In this document: in pieces, positions 1 to 10,945 of the stretch
Numbering within the stretch: position 1 is the stretch's first letter
Layout of the letters: every line of letters starts with the position of its first letter
The notes under the pieces: model-generated
What the model saw: the letters and a program-made list of their open reading frames with translations, nothing else
What the model was told of the DNA's origin: nothing
The model's database searches: none
Position numbers and translations under genes: made by a program
From: Obrimoposthia wandeli
Taxonomy: Eukaryota
Direction of reading: 5' to 3'
DNA length: 64,000 nt
NCBI GenBank assembly: GCA_977020255.1
Contig: CDROCS010001687.1
Coordinates: 62,001-126,000 of the forward strand

Positions 1-1
1 T

Positions 2-3000
2 AATGGTGGTTTTAAGTTAAATAATAAAAAAGATCAGGACTCAGATAACAAAGGTAGAAAAATCAGATTAAAGCCAACTAAAGTAGCACTGACAGGTACG
101 AATAATGTTAATTTTAGTAAAACGTCTTCGATTAACGCTACTAAACACACTTTCGAAAGCAGAGGTCCTACAGGAACTGCATCACAAATATCCTCTGGCA
201 GCCATAAGTCCACGAAAGCAGATATTAACAAAGGTGTCATTACTCCAAGCATACTTTATCAAAATACTCCATCCAAGTTTGCGTCATTAAGTCCCTTTAA
301 ATCTACAAATAAAAATAAAGAATTAGAAGAAAAATACGCTTCAAAGGTAGTGGCTTCAGAAGAAATTAATCGGAAGCCAAGTGACAAGGAACCTAGTACA
401 ACTGAATTTTACGAATCTCTGTTAAAGAAAACATATTCACAGAAGAACATCAAATTGAAATATCGAACATCCACTATTTCTATAAACCTTTCTAATATCA
501 ATTTAAAGAAGCATTCAAAACGTTTCCCAATCGAGTGGAAATCTCAATCAACAACAGAATCAAACAATTTAATCAAATCGTTGTCATCCAAGGCTAGATA
601 TACAACATCACTGGAACCCGTGACATCATCCTCGTCGCAACCGGAATCAAGAAAGTTGTCTCGAGATACACAATATAACATAGAAGCAACAAAAATTAAT
701 TTCGTAACTAGAAGAAAAAAACCAAAGTTCCTATCAACAAAACCAAGAAGTATTATCAATTCTACGCAACAAACACTGTCAAGATCTCAGCCAATATTCA
801 AACTAGCTCTAAAATCAGATTCAGAAATAAACGAACGTTCAACATCAAAATCATTGGAAACAAAACTAAAATCAGATGCTACAACTAAATCACAATTTAC
901 AACCACACACGGTGCATTAGAAACCACAGTAAAATCACAACCCACACAAGTAGCATTCAATAGACTATCGGAAACTCAGTCGAAAATCAAACTTACTTAT
1001 CCTCCATCAACATATTCATTGAAAGTAGGTAAGCAAACATCAGCCACTGCACCAACATCGCAAACCAGAACAGCATATTCTCCATCAACTTCTCAAGCAT
1101 CAACAACATTACATGTAACCATACAACCTCAATCCTCGAAAATCAGTTCAACATCACGTAAAGAACTTCCAAACCAATCTGTTATTCAAAATAGAGTATT
1201 AGTTCTTCCATCCATATCCCAATACACTATTGCTCAATCGACTTCTGAGTCGACAAGCAAACCTTATGCATCAGACGATTCATCATTATCACATGCTAAC
1301 TCAAAAATATCCTCAACATCTACAAGTTTAATTTCTAAGTCCAGAAAAATGCAAAGTGTTGGTACCACACGATCAACAACCAAATCGACAGCAAAAGAAC
1401 CTGAATCAAAAGCCCCTTCAAAAACACAAATACCGTCAGAACTTTCATCGAAATCTGAAATCTTAAATACACCAACAACGCTTAATATCATATTGAAACC
1501 TCAACCCTTAACAATAGAATCTATATCAAAATCAGAGGCATCAACAATACAATCAACAATAAATGTTTCGTCAAAGCTAAATTCTACAACTTCATCCACA
1601 GATCAAACAACAAAGTCACATAATCCGTCAACATCTCAATCTACTGTTACAAAATCAACATATCATACACCATCGACAAAGGTATTAGGAATGAATCCAA
1701 TACCATCAGATACTCCATCAAACTCAGAATCCTCAACAACACAATCGATACCATCTCCACTTTCATCATCACAACCCTCAACAACACAATCAACACCATC
1801 TACATTACCTTCTTTACAACCATCAACATCACAATCGACACCATCTACTGTATCATTATATCAACCAACAACAACAAAATCAACACGATATATTGGATCA
1901 TCATCACAATCCTCAACAACACAATTGACACCATGTACATTTTCATCGTCACAACCCTTAAATACACAATCAACACCATTTACAGTACCTTCTTTACAAC
2001 CCTCAGCAAAACAATCGTTACCATCTACACTTTCAACATCGCAACCCTCAACAACACATTCAACTTCATATACTGGATCATCAATACAACCCTCAACAAT
2101 ACAATCGATACCATCTACACTTTCAACATCGCAATCATCAGCAACACAATCAACTCCATCTACTGGATCATCATCACAACCCTCAACAACACAATCAACA
2201 TCATCTACTGGATCATCAATACAACCCTCAACAATACAATCGATACCATCTACACATTCAACATCGCAATCATCAGCAACACAATCAACTCCATCTACTG
2301 GATCATCAATACAACCCTCAGCAATACAATCGATCCCATCTACACTTTCATCATCTCAATCATCAATAACACAATCAACTCCATCTACCGTACCTTCATC
2401 TGAACACTCAACAACACAATCAACTCCATCTACTGGATCATCATCACAACCCTCAACAACAAAATCAACATCATCTCCACTTTCATCATCACAACCCTCA
2501 ACAACACAATCAACATCATCTACTGGATCATCAATACAACCCTCAACAATACAATCGATACCATCTACACATTCAACATCTCAATCTTCAACAACACAAT
2601 CAACTCCTTCTACCGTACCTTCTTCTGAACAATCAACAACACAATCAACTCCATCTACTGGATCATCAATACAACCCTCAACAATACAATCGATACCATC
2701 TACACTTTCATCATCTCAATCATCAACAACACAATCAACTCCATCTACCGTACCTTCATCTGAACACTCAACAACACAATCAAATCCATCTACTGGATCA
2801 TCATCACAACCCTCAACAACAAAATCAACATCATCTCCACTTTCATCATCACAAACATCAATATCACAATCGACACCATATACTGGATCATTAATACAAC
2901 CCTCAACAACACAATCGATACCATCTACACTTTCAACATCTCAACCATCAGCAATACAATCAACTCCATCTACCGTACCTTCATCTGAACACTCAACAAC

Positions 3001-4435
3001 AACATTATCAACTCCATCTACTGGATCATCATCACAACCCTCAACAACAAAATCAACATCATCTCCACTTTCATCATCACAAACATCAACAACACAATCA
3101 ACTTCATCTACTGTGTCATCAATTCAACCCTCAACAATACAAGCGATATCATTTACACTTTCAACATTGCAACCCTCAACAACACAATCAACTCCATCTA
3201 CTGGATCATCAATACAACCCTCAACAAAACAAGCGATACCATCTACACTTTCAACATCGCAACCCTCAACAACAGAATCAACTCCATCTACTGGATCATC
3301 AATACAACCCTCAACAACACAATCAACATCATCTACTGGATCATCAATACAACCCTTAACAATACAATCGATATCATATACACTTTCAACATCTCAACCC
3401 TCAACAACACAATCAACTCCATCTACTGGATCATCAATACAACCCTCAACAACACAATCAACATCATCTACTGGATCATCAATACAAACCTCAGCAATAC
3501 AATCGATACCATATTTTAAATCACATATCTCAACAATAGATACAACATCGTCTACAGAATCATCATCTGATCTCCTATCCACACGATCAACACAAGCAAT
3601 ACAAACTAAAGCATTGACATCAACAGCAGTCCTATCAACAAGACAGTCAGCTCCTAGTATTTCATCAAGGCTTCAATTGGATATTTCTTCTGCATATCAA
3701 TCAACAAAAACACAGACAAAGTTTTATATTCCATCAATTTCTAAATTCATTGTTAAGCAATCAACATATAATACACCATCAACAATTGAATTGAAAATAA
3801 ATCCATTAGTATCAAATTCTGAATCAAACTCCCAACTTTCAACACCACAATCAACGAAAACTAAAGTATCTACATATCAATCAACAGAAACACGAACACA
3901 ATCAGATTTTCCATCAACTTCACAATCCACTGGTTCACAATCAATATCTTTTCAGACTGAATTGAAAATAAATCGAATTGCATCACATGATCCATCAGGG
4001 GTGTCTACTCCTACAGCCAAATTTTCGATAACACCAACAACGTTAGGTTCTGTATCGCCAACCCATTCAATAGCTAATAAATTAGCATCAATTTATCCAC
4101 CACCATACACTATTACACAAACCTTATTATCTATCGGATCAACATCAAAATTAAAGACGGCATTTACAAAAGATAAAAAAAAATCAGCTATATCGATAAT
4201 GAAAAAAAAGTTATTTGAAAATTTGACTACATCAAAGATAAATTTATTCTCAATGAAATTTTCAAAACCGACGAAAGCGCCCGATGAATCTGTGTATAAT
4301 ATTTCCGATTCATTATCAAAGGTTCGAAGTACCTGGTCACATTATACTATTACACCCACGATATCTAATAAAGAACTACGATTACAAAGTGATAATTCAA
4401 GATATTCATCAAGTATATCATCATCTTTAATTTAG
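2..4435 (+). CDS. Giant Ser/Thr/Pro-rich mucin-like exon of the host ECM gene, open from the window start (5' end outside the window)
   Basis: The frame of ORF 350-4435 has no stop from nt 2 (NGGFKLNNKKDQDSDNKG...). It contains 15-aa PSTTQSTPSTGSSIQ-type repeats, and a GTAAG donor lies at ~4449, just after the TAG. Confidence 0.85.
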   Translation, partial: NGGFKLNNKKDQDSDNKGRKIRLKPTKVALTGTNNVNFSKTSSINATKHTFESRGPTGTASQISSGSHKSTKADINKGVITPSILYQNTPSKFASLSPFKSTNKNKELEEKYASKVVASEEINRKPSDKEPSTTEFYESLLKKTYSQKNIKLKYRTSTISINLSNINLKKHSKRFPIEWKSQSTTESNNLIKSLSSKARYTTSLEPVTSSSSQPESRKLSRDTQYNIEATKINFVTRRKKPKFLSTKPRSIINSTQQTLSRSQPIFKLALKSDSEINERSTSKSLETKLKSDATTKSQFTTTHGALETTVKSQPTQVAFNRLSETQSKIKLTYPPSTYSLKVGKQTSATAPTSQTRTAYSPSTSQASTTLHVTIQPQSSKISSTSRKELPNQSVIQNRVLVLPSISQYTIAQSTSESTSKPYASDDSSLSHANSKISSTSTSLISKSRKMQSVGTTRSTTKSTAKEPESKAPSKTQIPSELSSKSEILNTPTTLNIILKPQPLTIESISKSEASTIQSTINVSSKLNSTTSSTDQTTKSHNPSTSQSTVTKSTYHTPSTKVLGMNPIPSDTPSNSESSTTQSIPSPLSSSQPSTTQSTPSTLPSLQPSTSQSTPSTVSLYQPTTTKSTRYIGSSSQSSTTQLTPCTFSSSQPLNTQSTPFTVPSLQPSAKQSLPSTLSTSQPSTTHSTSYTGSSIQPSTIQSIPSTLSTSQSSATQSTPSTGSSSQPSTTQSTSSTGSSIQPSTIQSIPSTHSTSQSSATQSTPSTGSSIQPSAIQSIPSTLSSSQSSITQSTPSTVPSSEHSTTQSTPSTGSSSQPSTTKSTSSPLSSSQPSTTQSTSSTGSSIQPSTIQSIPSTHSTSQSSTTQSTPSTVPSSEQSTTQSTPSTGSSIQPSTIQSIPSTLSSSQSSTTQSTPSTVPSSEHSTTQSNPSTGSSSQPSTTKSTSSPLSSSQTSISQSTPYTGSLIQPSTTQSIPSTLSTSQPSAIQSTPSTVPSSEHSTTTLSTPSTGSSSQPSTTKSTSSPLSSSQTSTTQSTSSTVSSIQPSTIQAISFTLSTLQPSTTQSTPSTGSSIQPSTKQAIPSTLSTSQPSTTESTPSTGSSIQPSTTQSTSSTGSSIQPLTIQSISYTLSTSQPSTTQSTPSTGSSIQPSTTQSTSSTGSSIQTSAIQSIPYFKSHISTIDTTSSTESSSDLLSTRSTQAIQTKALTSTAVLSTRQSAPSISSRLQLDISSAYQSTKTQTKFYIPSISKFIVKQSTYNTPSTIELKINPLVSNSESNSQLSTPQSTKTKVSTYQSTETRTQSDFPSTSQSTGSQSISFQTELKINRIASHDPSGVSTPTAKFSITPTTLGSVSPTHSIANKLASIYPPPYTITQTLLSIGSTSKLKTAFTKDKKKSAISIMKKKLFENLTTSKINLFSMKFSKPTKAPDESVYNISDSLSKVRSTWSHYTITPTISNKELRLQSDNSRYSSSISSSLI
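1723..3500 (+). repeat. Coding tandem repeat, 45-bp (15-aa) unit, with a 360-bp higher-order period
   Basis: Units include QPSTTQSTSSTGSSI, QPSTIQSIPSTLSTS and EHSTTQSTPSTGSSS. The lines starting at 2281/2341/2401/2461 recur almost exactly at 2641/2701/2761/2821. Confidence 0.9.
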
Positions 4436-5154
4436 TACTACGGTATTGGTAAGAATAAAGCTTATACAAATTTTCGCATGTTATTTTTTATTGCATTTTA
4501 ATTATTTACTAATTACTTTACTAATTTAAGTTTTATAAATTTACTTACAACGGAAGTATCTGAAGAAGGAAATCACGGAATAAATTAAAACATTTATTTA
4601 AAAGTTTATACGTTTGAATTTACCTATATCGGCATTCCAATTTAAACAAAATGATATGAAATTATTTTAGACAATGACTAGAAAATTGACAATATAGACG
4701 AATTTGTGTAATTTACATTTATCAATTTATTTTGTTGTACTAAATACACTTTTGGGACTCTTAATTTAGTACGTATGCACAAATGGAGACATCGTTGTCG
4801 AAAAGAGTACATATGAAAGAGTTGTTAGTTGCTATTGTAAGTAAGAAAATATTTTAGATTTGTGAACGAAATTTATGATATAATGATTAAAATTATAAGG
4901 CACAGTAAAACAAACAACGTATAATATACATTAACATTTATTTATTTGAAAATAGTCAACAATAAAATTATGCTTTTCTGTGAAAGACATGTTGATAACA
5001 ACAATTCCAATATTATCCCTGTCATTGATGATTGAATCTGACTTATTGTAGGAACGAGTCATTGGCATTAAAAGTGCATTTGAAAAATCATATGTTGGCA
5101 AAACTAAGGTACAGTGTGGATTAGCGACCGCCGCAATTATCAGTTTGGGACCAT

Positions 5155-5371
5155 GCCAAGGGATTGGCTTATGTTGGCCCGGCCAGGAGATTGGCTTGTG
5201 TTGGCCCGGCCAGGGGATTGGCTTGTGTTGGTCCGGCCAGGGAATTGGCTTATTTTTGGTCTGGCTAGGGGATTGGCTTGTGTTGGTCTGGCTAGGGGAT
5301 TGGCTTGTGTTGGTCTGGCTAGGGGATTGGCTTGTGTTGGTCCGGCCAGGGGATTGACTTATGTTGGCTCG
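5155..5371. repeat. 27-bp minisatellite, 8 copies
   Basis: Consensus gccaggggattggcttgtgttggtccg, directly countable; one unit is 28 bp. Confidence 0.95.
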
Positions 5372-5786
5372 GCAACTTTTAAAAGCCGAGAGTGGTTCAA
5401 TGTAGTCTGGATGAGTTATGCTTTTATAGGTAGAGAATAAATTAAAGAAGGACGTAGTATCTGTTTTTATTTATGAAGATTAATCCTTGTTCTGAAATAA
5501 ATACCTGACTTCGGATTGCATTTTGACGCCATCCTTGATTGAAGGCGTGGGTATTGGTTCAATGGAATTACCATAGGTCGTCAGCTGCATTAATAGGTAT
5601 ACGAAAGTTATCGACCAATATAATCTCTTATCTTAAACTCACGTTTATCACAACTTCAGCGCCTGCATCCGATATAGACTACGTATACTGTACTTAAATC
5701 GATTCATGCACATATTGAATATTTCAAAGATTTAAACAAAATACATTTAATCGTTTTTTCTATCACAAAACTACCTTAACTATTTA

Positions 5787-8704
5787 AATTTATTTAAACC
5801 AAATAATAGAAAATATTTTTCGTAAATTTTAGAATAAAATAAATAAAGCAGCTTAATTAATCTCATTTGTGATGACAAAGTGATGTCTATCGACATTAAA
5901 CGTCATTATAATTTACCACATTAACCATCTGTAGATTCATTATTTCTCCTAAACCATTGCACCAATATATTTTTCAATTTAGAATCAATCAAGTCTTTTT
6001 GTCAAACGATGGCATATTATAAATATAAGATGAATAAGTCCCTTCTTAGTTTCAAACTCATTAAAATTGCACTTATAAAATCTTCTATTTAACATCCAAC
6101 ATTTTATAAGGAAAGAAAATATATTAAAATTTAATAGTATTCACTTTGAATGCTAGGCTTTTAACGAACCGGAACAGAAATTATTGTAGGGTCAACAAAT
6201 ATGTGGCTAGGATTTGAGCCATTTTGATAAATAAATATTTTCGAAGATTTATTGGTGTCCTGGACTTTGTTTTATCCTTAAGGAAGCCCCGTAAAAGAAA
6301 ATCTAATGGTAACCTGTGTAATCAGTGCTTGATTAGGCATCTTATAATCGAATCATTTCATATAAAAATCCCAAAGCTATTGATTCGGAGGGTTAATATC
6401 AAAATTTGGATATTTATAATGTTGTAATCTTGGTTACGCCATTTGTCTCAAACTCAAAGTGCAAGCAACGGATCAGATTTCTTTGGATCATGAAAATGTT
6501 GATTTCATTTTATAAAACAGCTCTTCAATTAAATCGCCAGAGAATTATATGGTAATATATTTATTACTGCTCTCATATAACACCTTCAAACAATACAACC
6601 AATTGGAAAAAAAATCAGCAATCATCTACGAATAAAGTTTATTATTTTAATTACTGTTTCCATCTGCAAAACTTACGCATGAATAGTTACACATTATCTG
6701 TGAGTCACAAGTTTGAGACTGGTACAAATAATAAAAGCATTTTTTTATTAAGTACCCCTAAACAAAAATTTATTTACATTTATTTTCCAGCATTGTCAAA
6801 TTTAATAGACAAATTCAAAATTTTAATTAAGACCCACTGAAATTGAACATGTTGTGATATAAATAAAGAAATAAAGTACACATACATATTTATATTAAAT
6901 TAACAGAAAAATGTTCTTAATATTTTTTGTATTCTCTTTTGCTGTTTACTTTCTACCATGCATTGATTTGATCTTTCCTAAGTGTTTCCTATCAGTGTCA
7001 CTATTCCAATAATAAATGACTGAAAATAAGCTGCTGTTTTGTTACAATTTCATGTTTTCGTATATATATTTTTTTATCTTTGAGGAATTGTCAAGGGGAA
7101 TAAGATCTAGTCAAATATCCTTACACTATTATCTCTTAGATATAGCAGCGAACTTGATAATGTTTAAATACATAATTTATTTTAGGATACCCCGATACTA
7201 TCTGTATTAATATGCAAATATCCAAAATTGTCAAGTACTCTAACAAATGAAGGCAAGAATATGGTTATTCTACTATTTATTTTGGGAATTATTGCAGTTC
7301 TTACTAAAATATGACATAAAGAGAAAAATATTAATTTACATATGTTACTACTGATAAAAGAACGACAAACATCTCATTGTTATGTTTGCTAAATTTTCAG
7401 GGAAAAAATATATCAGTAATTTTTAAAACAATAATATGATTATCTTTTATCATAATTAAATGGTGTACCAATAAATTAAAAACAAATAAAGTTTAGGAGA
7501 GCGCATAGATTTGTTATTTCATGATTATTTTATCCAAATATGTGTACGGCAATTTTATAAATTTAATGATTTCCACTTCAGTAAACTTCCCTTGTCAGTT
7601 TTTTAACAATGAAACTAAATCAACTTAACTGATAAAGCTATTTTTATCAATATTTGTAGTATATTTGACTTGTAACAATAACTTAATGCTTTTTAATTGT
7701 AATATATTGTAGGAAAGATTTTCACATCATCAGAAAAACCTTCAGAATCTGCCGGATTTGATCAATCATATTCTTCAACAGTTGGTGCTAAAAGTACGCA
7801 AAGGTTTTTTAATAAAATCTCAACCAGTTCAACAGCTATTGAGAAGGGTTAATATCTTTTACGTTCTGAAAGGTTACTTCCCAGTACACCTGAGAAAACG
7901 AGTTCCTACAAAACTGTAAATTCCTTTAAAAATACGAAACATCCAAATCTTCTACCACCTTCATTCCTTCAATTAGCACCAAATCCATCATACCAAAACC
8001 AAAATGTCAAAGCTTTACAAAAAATACTCTTCAGTAAAGTTCCAATGTCAGTTTTAACAATTAAACTAAATCAACTTTACCGACAAAGCTATTTTTATCA
8101 ATATTTGTAGTATATTTGAGTTGTAACAATAATGTAATGATTTTTAATTGTTTTATATTTTAGGAAAGATTTTCACATCATCAGAAAAACCTTCAGAATC
8201 TGCTGGATTTGATCAATCATATTCTTCAACAGCTGGTGCTAAAAGTACGCAAAGGTTTTTTAATAAACTCTCACCCAGTTCAACAGCTATTGAGAAGGGT
8301 TAATATATTTTACGTTCTGAAAGGTTACTCCCCAGTACACCTGAGAAAACAAGTTCCTACATAACTGTACATTCCATTAAAAAATACGAAAAATTTCTTC
8401 ATTTCTACAATTAGCACCAAATCCATCATACCAAAACCAAAATGTCAAAGCTTTACAAAAAATCCTCTTCAGTAAACTACCCTTGTCAGTTTTTTAACAA
8501 TTAAACTAAATCAACTTAACTGATAAAGCTATTTTTATCAATATTTGTAGTATATTTGACTTGAAACAATAGTTTAATGATTTTTAATTGTTTTATATTT
8601 TAGGAAAGATTTTCACATCATCAGAAAAACCTTCAGAATCTGCCGGATTTGATCAATCATATTCTTCAACAGTTGGTGCTAAAAGTACGCAAAGGTGTTT
8701 TAAT
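5787..8704 (+). repeat. Segmental duplication block A (copy of A', 15977-18457)
   Basis: Offset 10190 with only scattered substitutions over the first ~1.95 kb. It ends at ...aaaggtgttttaat, where A' continues aaag and A continues into the BEL gag remnant. Confidence 0.95.
7713..8704 (+). pseudogene. Three tandem partial copies (~440-450 bp unit: intron tail plus 5' part of exon) of the S/T-rich exon at 18807-19226
   Basis: AG|GAAAGATTTTCACATCATCAG acceptors at 7713, 8164 and 8604. In-frame TAA (aagggttaa) in the first two copies; the third is truncated. Confidence 0.8.
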
Positions 8705-9430
8705 TTTCCTAGTGCTCGTGCTCGTACGGTTACTTCCTGCAATAGTTGGCTATACATATCCAAATCCCGATAGTTGTTCCACCTTATTGACCTGAACTTT
8801 TCCACCTTTTCCATCAACTGTCTATAATTCCTGTCCGTCCCTCCGTATCTTACTGACAATATCTTCAGCGCTTCATCATAGCCTTCTGCTGAGTATCCCA
8901 AGCTATCAATTAACTTTAATGGTTCTCCGTCCACATAGTGCAGTAGATGCAGCATTTTCTCCACTTTATCCACCGATGACTTTGTTAAATATAGCTCGCC
9001 AGTTTTCGTACTTTTGTACTTCTCCTCTAAAAGTTGGGAGCTGAATTTCCTTCATCTGACTTACTCTCTGGTTTCCTTGGCCTATCTTATCATTGAGCTT
9101 ACCTCGCTTCGTGTCCTCTGTCCTTTCCCATACTTTCCCTTGTACTTTGTCGAATTTGTTTTCCATCTTCTTCTGCTCGCTAACCCATCTTTCTTCTTTT
9201 CTGCTGTCATCCTCTTTTTCTTCCAGCAAAAAATTGTTTATTGCAATATTTAAATCACACCTGGTTAGTTCCTTATCCTTAATTCCAGACCTTCCTTTTA
9301 GGCTTAGCATGACGTATATCTTTTCATTACTATAAATGATATCTTCCTTATGCACCTTTTTTCCTTCTCTCTGTAGCCAAAAATGTTCCTCTCTTGGTCC
9401 CCCGCCCTTCACTTTCTCTATCACTACCAC
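8705..9430 (-). mobile_element. BEL/Pao LTR retrotransposon gag remnant (DUF1759-like)
   Basis: QLPTFRGEVQKYENWRAIF, then EKMLHLLHYVDGEPLKLIDSLGYSAEGYDEALKILSVRYG after one frameshift near 8970. Confidence 0.8.
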
Positions 9431-9699
9431 CCCTATACATTTTACTGTTCCCGTTTATCTCTAGCTTTCGTGAGTTCCATAAATCGGAATCTATCCTCAA
9501 TCATCAAAATACGAAAGGGAGGAGGATGTATTTCCTCCTTATCATTTTGTGTCTCTATGCTCCATAACTCCCGCTTATCGCCTGGTTGTTCTAGAGCACA
9601 GGAACTATAAAAAACAAGATTTTTTATTAAATTTAATATTACCAACCCTAACACCAAAATCAAATAAAAGCTCATCACACAAGGCATCACAAAAAGTAC

Positions 9700-10025
9700 C
9701 AGCTGTAAGAGCATCAAATTTCTTCATACATCGAAGAAGATCAATTTCACCACCTGATACAATACCTTCTTCCATTGCAGCTCGAGTAGCATTCAATGCA
9801 TCAGTATACCGGTCCTTCTTCTCATTAACCTCTACTTCTACCTCTACTACTGCCTCCAACTTTAATGACTACAACACCATTGGATAATTTAGCAAGACGC
9901 TCGCTCATTGTCTCCTTTTCGTACTCACTTGTTGAAAGTGAAATTTCATCTTTAATTTGACCGATTCTCTTTTGAATCTCAGCTTCTTCATCTTTGCCTT
10001 TCATAATTAAGGTATCATCTTTTGT
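9700..10025 (-). pseudogene. HSPD1: Intronless fragment of mitochondrial chaperonin HSP60 (cpn60)
   Basis: [10 protein letters not shown]...[27 protein letters not shown] and, after a frameshift, [28 protein letters not shown]...LLRC. These match HSP60 motifs TKDD, SEYEKEKLNERLAKL and [21 protein letters not shown]. Confidence 0.9.
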
Positions 10026-10275
10026 ATGCTGAAGTAACTGAGGAAAGTGTGAGAGAGCCTCATACTTTAAAACATATTGTGTCTGTTCATCTGTTCCTGT
10101 CACAATATTGCCAACTGCTCTCAAGACAGCAGTTTGAACGTCAACATCATTTTGTGACAGTAATGGTACAATAAATCGTACAATATCTGCATCAATGACC
10201 ATTTGAATTTGGTCATTTCCACCATCAGTGAAATAAGATAGGTCCCAAACTGTATCAACTAAAATATAATATATT
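10026..10275 (-). pseudogene. KPNA3: Intronless fragment of importin alpha (KPNA3/4-like ARM repeats)
   Basis: [25 protein letters not shown]...[24 protein letters not shown]...LSHFPQLL matches importin-alpha-3/4 [24 protein letters not shown]...[16 protein letters not shown]. Confidence 0.9.
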
Positions 10276-10945
10276 AAAATATTATCACAAATTCGTCCTT
10301 CATCATCAACAATCATCCCCTGACTTCGTAATTGTTTCAAGGATTTGACACTTTCCCGACTGGAACGACTACGATGCTTCTCTTTTCCTCCACGATTTGG
10401 TTCTTCATCGTGTCCAAGCCCAGGAATTAATTGCAGAAATATTAAATTTTGTGCATCCAAACCAATTTTCTTCCAATGACTTTGGCTAAATCATCTTTGC
10501 ATACACCTTTGATCACTCGAACCCATTGACAGGCTTGTAATTTTTGAAACTCTTAAGCACTTTCATAACATCAGTCATCTCAGTGATGGATACCATCTTC
10601 AAGTTGTGAATCCCACGATACAAGTGACGAATATAATCCTCGGATAAGGCAGACTTAATTAGCAATGGCAAACTTGTATATTGGGCGTGAATGAATTTAT
10701 TCATTAACCTCAGTACTGCATTCTTTTCTTCGCCTCTATTACAAGTCACTTGCCACAAATTAGGGTCTTTGATCCCGATGAGGCACTTTTGCTGAAAAAT
10801 AGCTGATGCCATTGCATCACCAGTTCCGAAGTCATCGGCATCATTTTCTTCACGTCTATTGTCATATTGAAGATGTTGCATCGCATCTATCACTTCAGCT
10901 TCGTCGTAATCATAGTCTTCCTCTTCATCATAACCCCGCTATGCT
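10276..10945 (-). pseudogene. SUPT5H: Intronless, internally deleted fragment of elongation factor SPT5 (acidic N-term, NGN, KOW1)
   Basis: GIKDPNLWQVTCNRGEEKNAVLRLMNKF...IKS...MVSITEMTDVMKV, then after a frameshift [16 protein letters not shown]. These match SPT5 GVKDPNLWTVKCKIGEE, MVPIKEMTDVLKV and WVRLKRGIYKDDIAQV. Confidence 0.85.

Noticed and set aside
544-3582. Small ORFs overlapping the mucin exon (544-759, 1264-1491, 1933-2403, 3394-3582)
   Set aside because: Alternate-frame or antisense shadows of the low-complexity repeat.
5114-5440. ORFs with DWLVLVRPG / GLACVGLAR repeats
   Set aside because: By-products of the 27-bp minisatellite, which is open in several frames.
6224-7210. ORFs 6224-6427 and 7016-7210, 'conserved' at 16414 and 17206
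   Set aside because: The recurrence is due only to the recent segmental duplication; composition is intron-like.
7186-7252. Possible small exon with a GC donor (tttag|GAT ACC CCG...GAA G|gcaag), duplicated near 17376
   Set aside because: The phase is compatible but there is no domain signal; it needs RNA evidence.
8700-8715. Helitron capture as the explanation for the chimera (a CTAG lies near the end)
   Set aside because: The CTAG is not followed by T on the minus strand, and no subterminal hairpin or 5' TC end is visible.
9700-10945. Functional HSP60, importin-alpha or SPT5 genes
   Set aside because: Only partial domains, with frameshifts and internal deletions.
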